64,000 bases of DNA from Balamuthia mandrillaris (lineage: Eukaryota), in assembly GCA_031835245.2 (NCBI GenBank), contig JAVKOQ020000056.1, positions 1-64,000 of the forward strand. The letters run 5' to 3'. Under the pieces are notes generated by a model, which made no database searches, was not told where the DNA came from, and saw nothing but the letters and a program-made list of their open reading frames with translations. This document shows, one piece after another, positions 21,243-34,260 of this stretch (positions are counted from its first letter, which is position 1; every line of letters begins with the position of its first letter). Made by a program: the position numbers and the translations under genes.

Positions 21243-21574
21243 CGGTGCAAGTGTGCTCATCTCCAAAAGCAAGCACAAACACAGCACAAATACTGTAGCG
21301 CCGCAGGGTGGACAGAAGACGTGAGGAGTCGTGTTTTCGTGTTCAATTTGTAAAGAATTTGAGCAATTTTCTTGTGTCGACCCGAGAAAATGCGTGATGT
21401 CGGCACATGTCAGCAGCAGCGTCGACAAAATTGCTGACGTGTCTTCGGGGACAGAAGAAATGGTGCAGGTGACGTGCAGCCAAATCCTGCTTAACGGCTA
21501 TAAGGGAACCGTTACAAATCACAATCGAAAAGTAAAAAAACTAAAAGCAAAAAGCTTCCGGTGGGCGGCGCACC

Positions 21575-24500
21575 ATGCAGGATGCCTACATTGCCGGGTT
21601 GGCAGAACTGATCGCCAGCGCAGAAAAGTCCCGTGGGGGAGCTTTTGAAGCTCTTGAAGGGGAGGAGGGCAAGGTCCTACTACAGTTGGTTGTTTGTTTG
21701 GAGAAACGCAAATGGCTGAGGTTTTCTGTGTGGATGGATGAACAACGGGAACACGAAAGGCAGCTCCTGAGGGACAGCTTGCTGAGGGCGTTGTGGTTGG
21801 TGGCCGCCGCCACCACCTCTCGTCGGCACAACAACAAAGACAGAGAGAAAGCCAAAGAAAAAGAAGCAGATGAGGAAGAGGAAGAGGAAGTGGTGATCGT
21901 TGTGATAAAGAAGAAGCAGCCTAACGAAAGGAAGGAAGAGCCCTATTCGTTGGATGCCTCTCTGGATGAAGCCATTGGCGAAACGGGGCAAGCGCTGTGC
22001 CGACTTGTGATCCAAGTGTTGTTTTTGGACTTTGAAAACGGTATTTTTGGTTTCTCTCTTTCGCCTCTGTTCTTCTCTTCTCACGCTTCTCCGCCCTTCT
22101 CGTTCGTCTCTGTTCCCTCCCACAGAAATGGGATGGCGTGACCCCAAGTTGCTCAACCTGATACTCTCTGGGCACCCCTCCCACCATCTTCACGCGGACT
22201 GCTCCCCCCACACGCTGCTCCTTATGCAAGCCATCGCGGACAAATTGTTCTCCATGCTGGTTCAGACCTCCCTTGCAAGGTCTCCTTCCCTCCTCCTGTC
22301 GGATGAGCGGCTGCGACACGCAGTGATAGCTCGAGTCAGAGACCTCCTACAGGCAAGTACGAGCACGGATGCAAAGGAGCAAAGGCGGGCTTCAAGCGAA
22401 ACGCTGCCAAAGTGGGCAGCACCAGAGATACGACAATTGAGAGGATTGGAGGTTGGCGTCACGTTGAGTGGTTGCCCAGCTAACGAACAAACCGTCACTG
22501 GCATTCTTGGTCTGTGTGCCCAGGTATCCTATACTAGCTCTGCATCTTTTATTATCTCGTTCGCTCGCGCTCTCCTGTTTTCCTTTCTTCCGCTTTTGCC
22601 TTGCTTATAACGCCATTATCAATACACATAGTACATGCTGCAATTTGTAGCGCAAAAGCAGCAACCAGCGGAGCGTATGGAGTTTGTCATTCAAACCTGG
22701 TTTCAGAAGTTGCATCGTGTGAAGCTGCTGGGGAAATATATAGAGCCTCTCATTAACTGCATTCTCCTGTTAAGCACCCATCGTTCTTTGTCAAAGCGTT
22801 CGTTTCTCTGTGCTTCGCCATCGTATACTCTTCTTTTAAATGGGCTTATATTCATTAATATCTCTTCTCTGTAGTGACGCGGTGCACAGCGCTACAAATT
22901 CTCTTACGCTGGGTCGACTCGTGTCCGTCAACCATCAGTAAGACCTTCCGTAACAGTAATAACGACAATTCGGACAACCTTCATTCTTCTTCTGTCCTGC
23001 TGCCCTTCGAATCCTTTGCGGCTCCGCATGATCCTGATCTTATTATCGACGCTGGCGTGGAAACGCTGGCTCACGAGGCTTACGCACAGTATACCCAACA
23101 TTCTCACGTAGTGTTGGAAAAGATCATGTTGTCACTATTGAAGCTGCTTGCAGATTTACCAGATGATCCAGCTTGGGCTGCTCGATGTTTTGATGTAAGA
23201 TAGTTACCTTTCCCTTTCCTTATCGCTCTCTTTAGCGTTTGTACTTGTGTGTTGTTGCATATGATCTTCGTTCTCTCCACCTGCTAACTTGTTGCTATAC
23301 AAAAAGGACGAAGATTTGTCGGACTATTATGCGGGCACACGCTTCGCACAAAAACTGGTTGCTATAGCTCCTCACACGAGTAAATTGATTCTAGGCCTAT
23401 TGCCCACTTTGTTGACTTCGCAGCGATGGCAAACGCGAAATGCTGCTTGGTTGCTGATGCAAGGAGCCTCTTCCATTATAAATGGTCCTACGTTTCAAAA
23501 CATCTTATTGTATGCTATTGCTTATCTTGCTTGCCATATCTTCTTTTTTTGCCTACTGATTCTCTTTCCCGACTTTCTTTGTTGTTCTTCTCATCTACCA
23601 ACTGCTTGCTACTTCTCTCATAGCCAGATGCAAGAGTCGATAAACGACGAAGAGCCTCGTGTACGCTGGGCAATATGTGACGCACTGGATCAACTCTGCC
23701 CCAGGTTATCTACAGACAACATGAGTTCTGAGTGGCACGTGAAAGTTGCCTCTCTCTTTCAAACCTTCATCATCCATGATCCTTGCGACAAAGTGCGTGG
23801 ACGTGCCTGCTCCGCTGTTTCATCGTTTGCCTCTTCACCGGTGCTTGTCTCTCACTTTTCTTTCTCTTCTTCCTCTTCATGCAGACTAAGATTCGATTCT
23901 TACACGTATCTTAGCAATTCCATCTCTTTAAAGAGTCTTTCGTCAATCTTCTTATAAACATAGTGAACGAAGAGCTGAGCAAAGCCGCTTCCTCCTATCC
24001 AGACGTGACAAGGATGGCAGTGCGCTCTCTGAGCAACTTAGTTTTTGAGCCTCACTCACAAACCATTGTGCCTTTTTTCTTGAAGGTAGCTGAGCACGCC
24101 CAGAAAACAAATGATCACAGATTACTCGCCATCATTGTTGAGAAGCTGTCTTTTGCTGGTAACACCTCTTTCAAGGTAACGTGAAATATCACCTCTAACA
24201 AGCTTCATCTTTTATCAGCGACTTCACAACCAGACAATGACCATGCTACAATCATTCCACTACTTCATTGCATTGATGGTCCGTAGATGGGTGTTGTGCT
24301 CTACTTCTGTTACACGCAGCAAAGCCATCCTTGTTCATTTTTTCTTGCTCTCTTTATTTTATATTACATAGATCGTTGCTCCGAGCCTGTACTGCAAGCG
24401 AAACACTTGGCCTTGGTAAGAATGTGCACTCTAATGGGTAAAGATTTTGCTCCATTTGTAGCGACTACTGTTCGTCAATTACATGCATTGCTCAAGGGTA

Positions 24501-26014
24501 CCAGTTTTTCTGCTAGTTCTGTCTTTCATCGTGCTTTACCTCTTCGATTCGTTCTCTTCTCTGCACCTTTCTCAGTTTTTTTTAAAATATCGGTTTGACA
24601 GACACTTGCTTGAGCGTATCGTGCCAGAGCACGATATGTAAGTCACTTTGTGTGATTGCAAGCCTCCAACGAGAACGCTTCTATCCTTATCTTCAGCGTT
24701 CTGTTGAGCTTTTGGCCCAGCTCATTACCAACGTACCAGATACAGGTACTTTCCTCTTTCCTCTTTTCTCTTTGCTTTTTCTTTTTCTGCTTTTTTTTAA
24801 ATACTGACTTCTTTCTTATTTAAGCACTTAGACGAGAAGTCTTCATGGCTCTCCCTGTCTACTTTACCGTTGGTTAGTGATCCCTTTGTTGGTGTAGGAG
24901 ACTTTAATCTTACGCACTCTTTTCTTAAAACATCGCAAGAAAACAAACCAGAAAAAATTGTTATGATGGCAAAACGCTTTATACAAGTGGGCACAAAAGT
25001 CATAAATGATACAAGCGATTACCAGCTCATGTCTACCGTTGCGGTGGTGCTTCAACAGATTATCGTGAAGCAGCACATTGATGACTCGCTTTCACGACCG
25101 TGTTTTGAACTGTGTCAGGCTATTCTCTCATACATTCACAGAGAGCTGAATAACATCAAGAGTACGTCATTTTGTGTTCCTCCCTTTAAAACCAATCCCG
25201 TTAACTTAATGTTCGTCATCTTCTCTTATATTCTTGCAAAGAAATGACAGGCACCACAGAGGAGGACAAACAAATATTGCTACACATGACGGCACTGGTA
25301 AAACGTTCTTAAGTTTTCATTATTATTTATGCTAAGCTTCACACGAAATAGTTTGTGGAGTTTTGTAGGCACGTTGCGCATTCGTGCGTTGGTTTTTATC
25401 CATTCTTTGATGACCTTCAATCTTCACACCCTCAGCTCTTGGTGCGTTCTTACATGCTACTCCTTCCCTTTTTCTTCCTTTGGTTGCCCAACAAACTCAT
25501 GCTTCTTCATTTTAAAAACAAAAAGGAACTGATGCTATCACAAGTGGATGAAAGATCATTACAGGCGTATTGGATTCTTTATGATAGGCCTTTCTTCACC
25601 TCCAAAAGCAATAACAAACGCCCAGCACGACCCACCCTACCGTCCTTGCGCGCGTTAGCTGGGAGAGCGTTTCTGCACCTAACGCATCAAGCTGCCACTT
25701 CTTCTTCTGCTTCTGCTTCTTCTACTTGTTCTGCTTCTTCTCAACTCTCTCAACTTCCAGAAGAAATACAAGAATACCTCAGAAGACACCACACATGTGG
25801 CCTTTGTAGGAAACCTTACTTGGAAGCGGTGATGGTGGGTCGTGGAGCAACATGCCCCATGCCCATGAAACGGGAGAGTGGGACATGTCGTCCGTTTTGG
25901 TCGCTTTGTTCGTTTGAATGCTTCTCCGAGGCGAAAAGCTATTCCACCATAAGCCACACTGTAGGCCTAAGACAGAAGGAGACAGAGGTTTTGCTCATGA
26001 TGGAACTGTTATAG
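21575..26014 (+). CDS. Importin-5-like HEAT-repeat protein with C-terminal BC-box/SOCS-box and Cys4 module (paralog B), multi-exon
   Basis: Colinear with paralog A: KWAAPEIRQLRGLEVGV, DLPDDPAW, DEEPRVRWAICDAL, RMCTLMGKDFAPF and PSLRALAGRAFL..LPEEIQEYL..CGLC..CSFEC. Confidence 0.75.
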
Positions 26015-26048
26015 CGGATATAGCAGCTCTTTCTTCCATCTTTATTCT

Positions 26049-27372
26049 TCAAGATTGTTTCATCTTTTCTTTGCTGTTGGCATTTTCTTCTGTTGTTGAG
26101 GAAGAAGCAGAACCCTTTCCAACTTCATCCTCTTTTGCCTCCACAACCTTTGAATGTTGTTGGAGCTTCCTCCTCCGTTTGAACAAAACCACCACCATAC
26201 AATACAAATGGAACACGACCCAAAGACACAACCACCAAACCATCAACCGATGATCCCACGCTTCCACGACCTCCTTCTCCGAAGAGGAGGTAGAGATGAG
26301 GAAGTTCTCCAAACCCATCGCATACAGGAACAAGAAAGAGACGAGGACGTACTTGTCGAGAAGGGTCATGTAGTTGATCTTGGGAAGGTTGTCCGAGACG
26401 GAGTATTTGAAGGCCACCACCGTCAGTATAAGCGTCAAGGTGATGCTCATTCGGTCTGGCAGAGCATCCTTTGTTTGTTTTGAATAGAGACAGAGAGGAG
26501 AAGAGAAAGAAAAGAAGAGAAGCAAAGAAAGAGAAGATAGGAGAAGAAAGAGAGAGAACAATACAAGAATAAGAAGGCAAATAACAAAGAGACAAAAAGA
26601 AGTGAGGAGGAGAGGGGAGAAAAGTAGAGCAAGTAGTACCAAGGGAATGGCCGAAGTGTAAAAGCACATCGACACGAGCAAAGCCATCACCGCTCCCACG
26701 TTAAACACATAATAACTGCTGAACCGCTGCAACCGGATCTGAGCGAGATACTCCGAATATGCCACGCCGGTAGAGGAGAGGGAGGGATCCGTCAGCTCGA
26801 TGGAAGGCCCGGCCAGCGGTAGCACCTCCCACTCCTGCAGTTCGAACCGCTCTATCACGTTGTTCCTGGAGCGATGCTGGATGAAGTAATTTTTGTCGAT
26901 GTGTCCCGTCGAAGAAAGATGGATGGTCAAGGTCTGGGTGTCGAACGGGAAGTCGTGCAGACGATAAAACTGGGAGAGGGTGCCTCGAAAGCGGCGGGTG
27001 TGCGTGACGAGACCGCGCTTGGGGTCGCGCAGCCGCAGCCGGTCTTCTGTGGTTTCCAGCTCGATGGCGTTCTTGACGTAGATGTTGGGGCTGAAGGCCT
27101 TCTTCCAGTCGACCTTTACCGAGGCGTCGTGCCCGATGAGAGCTGGGTCTACCCATTGGGCAAATATTTTAAAGTCACAGTAGAACGTTTGGGCGATGCC
27201 TTTTTTGTGTTGAAGATGAGAAAAAAAGTGTTACATCATCGATTTGTTATAGAAACAAAAAAAATTATAATAGAAAAACAACGTTACAGATAGAATCGAT
27301 ACCATCAATGGCGCTGACTTTGTACACGGTAAAGCCGCACTCCACCGGAACGCCTCGTCCTGTTGTGCCCAT
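26049..27372 (-). CDS. Pentameric ligand-gated ion channel subunit, Cys-less (Pro-loop) type; 3 exons
   Basis: Spliced product has TFYCDF..QWVDP, FSPNI..N, LHDFPFDTQTL, QEW, M2 DRMSITLTLILTVVAF, the M2-M3 segment LPKINYMTLLDKY and four TM helices. Confidence 0.88.
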
Positions 27373-27798
27373 GGGTGGTCTCCCTCCTCTCCCTCTTCCT
27401 CTATTATCGGTCTTAAATTTTTTTAATATAATATATTAAGATAATCCACAACTATCCTAACATGAACGACAATATCGATATCTTTAACAGAGTTCTTTAT
27501 CGCTCTTCTCCTCTCCTCTCTCCTTCTCCCTCTCTCTCTCTCTTCTCTCTACCCAACATGGGTCTCTTGGGGGAGAGAGGAGAGGGTCTCCCCATTCCTT
27601 TCCTGAAAACATATCTTTTTATTATATATCTTCGAATTTTAAACAAAAGACCGGAAAGAAATTAACAAAGAAACCCATATGCGTTCAGCCAAAACAAACC
27701 CCAATCCCGGAACCTCCTGCAGCAGGACCTTTAAAAACCGCAGCCAGCATGGGCCTCTTCACGAATAACATCCAGAGCATCCATATCTCTCAAGGAAC

Positions 27799-29162
27799 AT
27801 GCAAACCATAACGACATCATCGCCGCTCCGCAAGCCGGCTTCTTCGACTTGCTCAACTGCATCAGCCACAACGTTCAGCCCTGAGGTGCGGAAGCCGTCC
27901 AGCGGCGTGGCCTGCCGTCGCCAACAACACCGACGGCAACTGGCCCGCACCGCCACTCTGGCGCATCGGGGCGAAAACAAACCTGTAGCAGGAGGAGAAG
28001 AAGTCCTGCCGCTGCTCTCCACGAACCATGCCTCTCACCTCGCCAAAGATATAGAGGCCACCACTCGCTTTTACGTTGATGTCCTCGGCTTTCAGGTTTG
28101 TTTCTCTTCTTCCCTTCTGAATCTTTCTTCGCCGTGTGCTAAGTATCCACAACCCCCAAAAGGCAACAGGAAGACCAGAATCCATCAGCGTTCCGGGCTA
28201 CTGGCTGGTGCATCCGGTGGCCGGCTTCCAGTTCCACCTGTTGAGCGTGCCTTCGGTGGAGAGCAAGCCGGAGGACACGCTTCGCTGCCTCCGCTACGAC
28301 CATCTCTGCTTTGGCGTTCCCGACTTGGAGGCCGCCAGGCGAGCGTTGGAGGAGCAGCACGGCGTGACGACCTTCGCTCTGGACGTGGACGCGATGGGCG
28401 TCCCTCAAGGACGGTTGACAAAGCTGCTCATCGCTGATCCGGATGCCAATACGATTGTGCTCGTTCAAGACCCTCACAATCCTTCTCCTCGTTCTCATTC
28501 TTCTTCTCCTTCATCGACCTCCAAACGTTCTGTTGCGGCTTCTTCTTCCTCGTCTGCTTCTTCTACCTCGGTGCAACTGACTTCGTTTGTTTATATGGCT
28601 ATAGCGGTGGCCCAGCTGAAGCCTGCTTTGATGTTCTATACAGACGTGCTTGGCTTCCAGGTTTGTTCTTCTTTCCTTCGTTCCTCTGAGTCTCTTTGCT
28701 AAAACCCAAACGTTAACACAAAAGGTGATGGGAAAAGACTTCGGCTGGTTGGGCCTCGACGTCGTTCAGCTCTGCCATCCTCGCATCGGGATGGAGCTCC
28801 ACCTCATCCCTCGCACGCCCTCCGACAAAGACCATCACGAGCGCTTCCGCTCGCGCCCCATCACCGCTCTGGACGACCACATCAGCTTCTACGCTCGCTC
28901 CGAGCAGGTCTCCGCCATCCAAGCAGCGCTGCACCGCAAAGGCGTGGAGTTCGTGAGTGGCTTCCTGGCCGGAACGGACGTGCAACAGCTCTTCTTCCAC
29001 GATCCGGATGGGCACATGATCGAGGTGTGCACCTGCGAGGAGGCCGAGGAGAAGTATCAACCGACGGAGGAGTACAAGCGGGCACATGAGGAGGGGCAGA
29101 GCAAACTGAAGGAGAGGCTGCAAGGAACTGCCATTTGTCTTCGACGCTCCGCTTATGTTTGA
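27799..29162 (+). CDS. Tandem glyoxalase/VOC-fold protein; 3 exons
   Basis: First unit NHASHLAKDIEATTRFYVDVLGF..DHLCF..DPDANTI. Second unit FYTDVLGF..DHISF..QLFFHDPDGHMIEVC. Confidence 0.85.
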
Positions 29163-29325
29163 ACGGAGGGGGGAGAGAGAAGAAGAAGAAGGAGAAGAAG
29201 AAGAAAAGGAGAAGAGAGAAGGAGAAAAGAGAAGGATACAAAACAAAAAGATTGTAATTGTACATACAAACCTCTCATTAATTCTAAAGTGTAAAAAGAG
29301 AGAACAACCCTTCGCGCCTTCCTCG

Positions 29326-31375
29326 CTAAGAAGAAGACTCAGCATCGCCATTGCCAGTGTCGTGCTGCTCTTCCAATTGTAACGTAAACTTTCTGTCTTT
29401 GCTGTGTGGGCTGAGCAGACGATGGTCCGACAGCAACGAGCCTTTCCTGGTGACCACGTGACGTTTCTTTTGTTTGGGGGTAATGCTCCTACGGAAGCGT
29501 TGCTTGTTCTCCTCGAGCGGTTCTCCCCCAATGCCGTCTTCCGACCTAGTCAACAGGATATGAGACAGAGAGTCGGCGCTTTTGCTTTTGTTGGCGAGAG
29601 AAGGAGCGGGCTTTTGTAGGTGTTGCTGCTGCTGTTGTTCTTTTTCTTTCTCTTGCTCTTTTTCTTTCTCCTTTTCTTGATCCTTCAATTTTGCTCGGTG
29701 CGACTTCAGTCTCCAACTTCCTTTCACACTAGTCATTCGATCCAGCTTCAACTTGCTCTTCTTTCTTTTCAGTTGTTTCTTCTTCTTGTTGCTTTTGTCG
29801 TTGTTGCTCTCTTGTTGCTGCTGTTGAGCCAACAGCTCTTGTTTGATCCTCTCTTTCTCAGCTTCCAATTCTTTTTGCATCTCCTCACGAAGGCGAGCTT
29901 TCTCTTGCTCTAACCTTTTTTGTATCTCCTGTTCCATCCACTGCTGTTGGCGTACCCTCTCCGCTTCTTTCAAGAGAGAAAGGTCGCGGCTTTGTCGACG
30001 GATAACTCCTTCCTCCTCGACAGCTTTCCGAATGACGAGTTCAGTCTCTCGTCGCAGGCGTTTTTCTTTCTCTTTCATCTCGCGTGTAAGCGACTCTAAT
30101 TGTTGCTCTATTTTGGCTTCTATTTCGGCTTCCTCCTCTTCCTCTTCTTCCTCCTCCTCTTCCTCCTCTTCATCTTCCTCGCCGCCACTTGCTTTGTCCT
30201 CTTTATCATTTTCCTGAGTTTGTTCTGTCACCTTCTCTGTCTCTGTTGCTGTTTCTTGTTCAATCTCTTTTTTTTCTGTTGCGTTGTTTTCTTTATTTTC
30301 TGTTTCGTTTTCTTGTCTGTCTTCTTCTTGAGTTTGGCTCTCCACTTGACAGTTGTTGTCATTTGGCATTTTTTCTTCCTGTTTCTTGCTTTCTTCCATT
30401 GCCTGCTCTTTCTTTTCTTCCTGTATAGTCGCTTTTCGCTGTGTTAGAGGCGTGTTTGCTTTTTCCTCCATCTTTTTCCGTAACTCCTCCACTTTTTTCC
30501 TCCTCTCCTCTTTCTCTTCCATCTCTCTCTTCATTGCCTCTCGTTCCTCCGCTGATTTGCTTTGCCAAAACTCTTTCAATGCTGCTGCAGTTTGTTGAGG
30601 TGGTACAGTGAACTTACGCATCGGTGGAACATCTTCTCTATCTCGTGGAGAAGTACGTTGTAGTGATAGTTGTGGTTGCTGTTCTTCTTCTGCTTTGTTA
30701 TCGCTTTCTATTTCTTTTTTCGCTTCCTCTCTTCTATTCTCGTTATTGTTGTTTTGTGTAGGTTGTAACTGACCGTTTTCGGTTTCAGGTGCTGCCAGCA
30801 AGGAAGAGAAGGAGGAAGAGGAGGATAAGGCAGACGGAAGTTCCTCTGTGACAGGCAATTCAGCGATGATTGCGTTTAAACGAGGAAGAATGTCGTTGAA
30901 GCTTGGTCTTTCCTCTGGTTTGTATTTCACGCAGTCATACATCAATTGGGCAAACTTGGGAGGGCCTGTTACAAAAAGGGACGGAAAATATGAGAGGAGA
31001 GTCAAATGAGTTGCGAGGGAAGGAAAGTAAAGTGAGAGAATAGTACAATCGGAAGGAATGTGCTCGGCTAATTGGTCAGGGTCAAAGTCAAAGCATGACT
31101 TGACAGTTCTCTTTGGAGGCAACTTTCGCGCAATGATCTCATAGAGCACCATTCCATAACCGTAAACATCGCACTTCTCATTGTACTGAGAGCCGATGAT
31201 GACCTCCGGTGCCATGAACAGCTCTGTGCCTGCGATGGACATTGTGCGTACTAACCGCCTGGCTGCTGTTCGCACGAAGCCCAAGTCGCACACCTTGACC
31301 CTTCCGTCGTCTGTTAACAACAGGTTTTCTGCCTTCAAGTCTCTATTGAAGAAAACAAGAACATTTAAAGAAGAT

Positions 31376-31412
<37 letters not shown>

Positions 31413-32817
31413 CAATGGAGAAAAGGTGAATCGAAGAGAGTGGAGATAGAGTGGAGAAGAAAAAAAAAGAGATTGGAAGCGAAAAGGCAAAGATAAGAAC
31501 CGATGAATGATGTCATGAGCGTGAAGATAAGCAAGAGCCGCGGCTGTGTCTTTGGCATAGCGTAGTCGCTGTCTCCACGAAATGTGTTTTTTCTTCTTGA
31601 GTTCGTTGGTAAGATCTCCGTTTGGTATCCACTCCGTTACTATATAAGTGCCAGACTCGTGGGGACAAACCTTTGTTTCAAATCATTAGGACAAAGAGAG
31701 GCAAAAAGAAAAAGATAAGAGAGCAGAGAAGAGAGCAGAGAGAGAGAGGAGAGGTTACCCCAATGAAAGTCACCACATTTGGATGACGGATGCCCCTTTT
31801 GTAATCACGACAAGCATGAAGACAAGCGATGGGTTAGGGGCGAAATTGAGATAAAGTATAGAGTGAGATAGAGAGAGAACAAGAGAAGAACATACTTTAG
31901 GGCACAGACTTCTCGAACCAGGTATTTGGTGTCAGTCTCCTCGTCGCCTGTCATTATCATTTTCTTTATAGCAACCTCCGTTCCCAGGTATTCTCCTTTC
32001 CAAATCTAGAGAACCATGTACGTGCGTTATGAAACAGAACAAAAGAGAGTAAGTGAAGGAGGAGAAGGAAAAGGGGAGAAGGAGACGAAGAAGGAGAAGG
32101 AGAAGGAGAAGGAGAAGGAGAAGGAGAAGGAGAAGGAGAAGGAGAAGGAGAAGAGCAAGAAAGAACATCAGAGAGGCAAAAAAAAACAAAAAACACACCT
32201 GACCAAAGGATCCCTGAGTAACGGGAGTTATAAAGGTAAGATGCTCATACTCGATGGCCTCCTCCAATCCATCCATCAAAACTCCTTCATGCTCTTCTTC
32301 CTGCAACTCGCCTTTTGGTTTGATGGTTAACGATTTTCTTTAAAAAAAATATATGTGGAGAGAAGAAAAAAAAGATACTACGGAGACAACCAAACACATC
32401 CAAAAAAAAAAACAAACCTCTTTCAATCGCTTTCTGCTCGTTTTCCTCTCTTAGCCGCTGCAGTTGCTCAAACTCCTCGTTTTCCCGCTGCTGCTTCTCC
32501 TGCTGCTCCCTCCACATCCTTTCAAACTCTTCATCATACTCCTCGTCTTCTTCCTCCCCCTCTTCCCCTCCTTCTCCACCTCCTTCTTCTACCCCCTCCC
32601 CCTCCACCGCCTCCTCTTCACCTTCCGCCATGGCTGCCGACGAGAGCGAGGAGGAGAGCTCGCGCAGCGTTTCCTCCCCCCAATTGGCGATCAGCCGCTC
32701 CACCTTGCTGTTCGCCGCCGAGCCGTTGCAACTGCTGCTGCCGCTGCCTGCGCCGCCGTCGCCGTCGCCGTTGCCGCCGCCGCGAAACAGAACCTCAGGC
32801 TCGTCATGGAGGTCCAT
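29326..32817 (-). CDS. TKL-family (LIMK/TESK-like) protein kinase with acidic N-terminus and long coiled-coil tail, multi-exon
   Basis: QGSFGQ, VAIK, IIHRDLKAENLL, VCDLG, AGTELFMAPE, CDVYGYG and PEERPSF. Confidence 0.9.
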
Positions 32818-34260
32818 ATCTATTTTTTTTTTAAGGTAGCCTTTTCGCCGTTTGGTTGTGTGCCGACCAAAGGGACGGTCTATAAAAAAAAAAAACAGCG
32901 TAGCAAACAACGATAAACACCCTCACTCCCCAAAAATGTGGGTCTTTTTTTTTTTTCGAAAAAAAAATAGGGAGAGAGAAAAGAAAAGCGGAGAGAAGAG
33001 CTGTGAAGGAAAAAAAATAGGGTGGTGAGGTTCTTTGTGGGCAAAAAATTGAATTGGGTGAGGTTCTTTTTTTTTTTTGTTTTTTTGCTGCATATTAATT
33101 AATTTAATAAGGTGCTTTCCTTTTCGCTGTCGTTGTTGAGCGAAGCGTCGCCTTTGCATTATAAGTAAGCCAAGCCAACCTAGCAGAAATAGTATGTCTA
33201 TTTGTTCAAAAGAAAAAGAAAAAGAAAAAGACAAAGAAAAAAGAAAAAGGTGCAGTGTGAATATTGGTGGAAAATAGGAAACTTATCTATCCCAAACATA
33301 AAACAAAAAATGTTGTAACAAGGGTCGTCTGAGCAACTTTGCAACCATTTTTGTAAATAATGACTGGGTTGACCGTTCTCGTTGAACAAAGCGGACCCAT
33401 CCTCCCCTAACAACAAAACGAAGCGGTTCGCATCTTTCTTTCCCGATGCGACGAGATGGATCCCTCCCTTTTTTGGGTCTGCTCGACCTGCTGAGAGAGC
33501 CTGAGCTATTCGTGTTGGCTTTGTTGGCCAACCGAACACCAAAAAGGAGGGTCGATCTCGGGGCTTTCTCCTTTTGGTTGCAGGGTGGGTTGGATGGGAA
33601 GCATGGCCCATAACGCGCCGTTTTAAACACGAAAGGCGCTGGAGAGAGCGAACGTCCGGCGAGAGGTCATATGGAAGGCCTTCCATATATGCTCAAACGA
33701 TTGAGTGGCCGTCCGGGCAGGAATGGAGAGCGAGCGTGATCCCGTTATCAGAAAGCACTGCGTAAAGACAGGGATGGGGCTGCGTGGTGCGATTCGCTTC
33801 TCCTCAAGTTTCCCTTTTGGGCGCTTCAATGGGAAAAGGTCAAAAGGAAAGTTAGAATGGAAAAGCAGAAACCACAAACGAATTTGAAACAACCCGGTTG
33901 GAAGGGCTTACGTGAAAGGGTTGACCAGACCATCTCCCCAAAGTCCAAAACGAAGAAAGCTTGCGCTTTTTCCCTCCTTCAACCGAATTGAGGTGCGACG
34001 GGTAGCTTGGTCGCTTCTTTTTGTATTTCTATTTGTTTTTTGTTGTATTTTCCTTCTGGACACACAACACCTCTCTGTCAAAAAAAGGGGTTGGTATTGG
34101 TCTTCCAGGATCCATTTTTCAGTTCTGCTTCTCCAACCTGAAGAGTTGGAGAGAACCAAGAAGGCGAAAAGGTTAATCTTTAGAATCAACTCCATTGTCT
34201 CCAATCTTCTTCATCACTTTCCTTCAACCCCTTCCTCTCTTGCTCTTCCAAACAACAAAA

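Noticed and set aside
33198..33892. 162-aa and 89-aa minus-strand ORFs
   Set aside because: No motif or splice support, and the ORF runs into a T-rich tract.
34115..34220. Minus-strand GTGATGA...CTGA as a snoRNA
   Set aside because: No convincing internal C'/D' boxes or guide.
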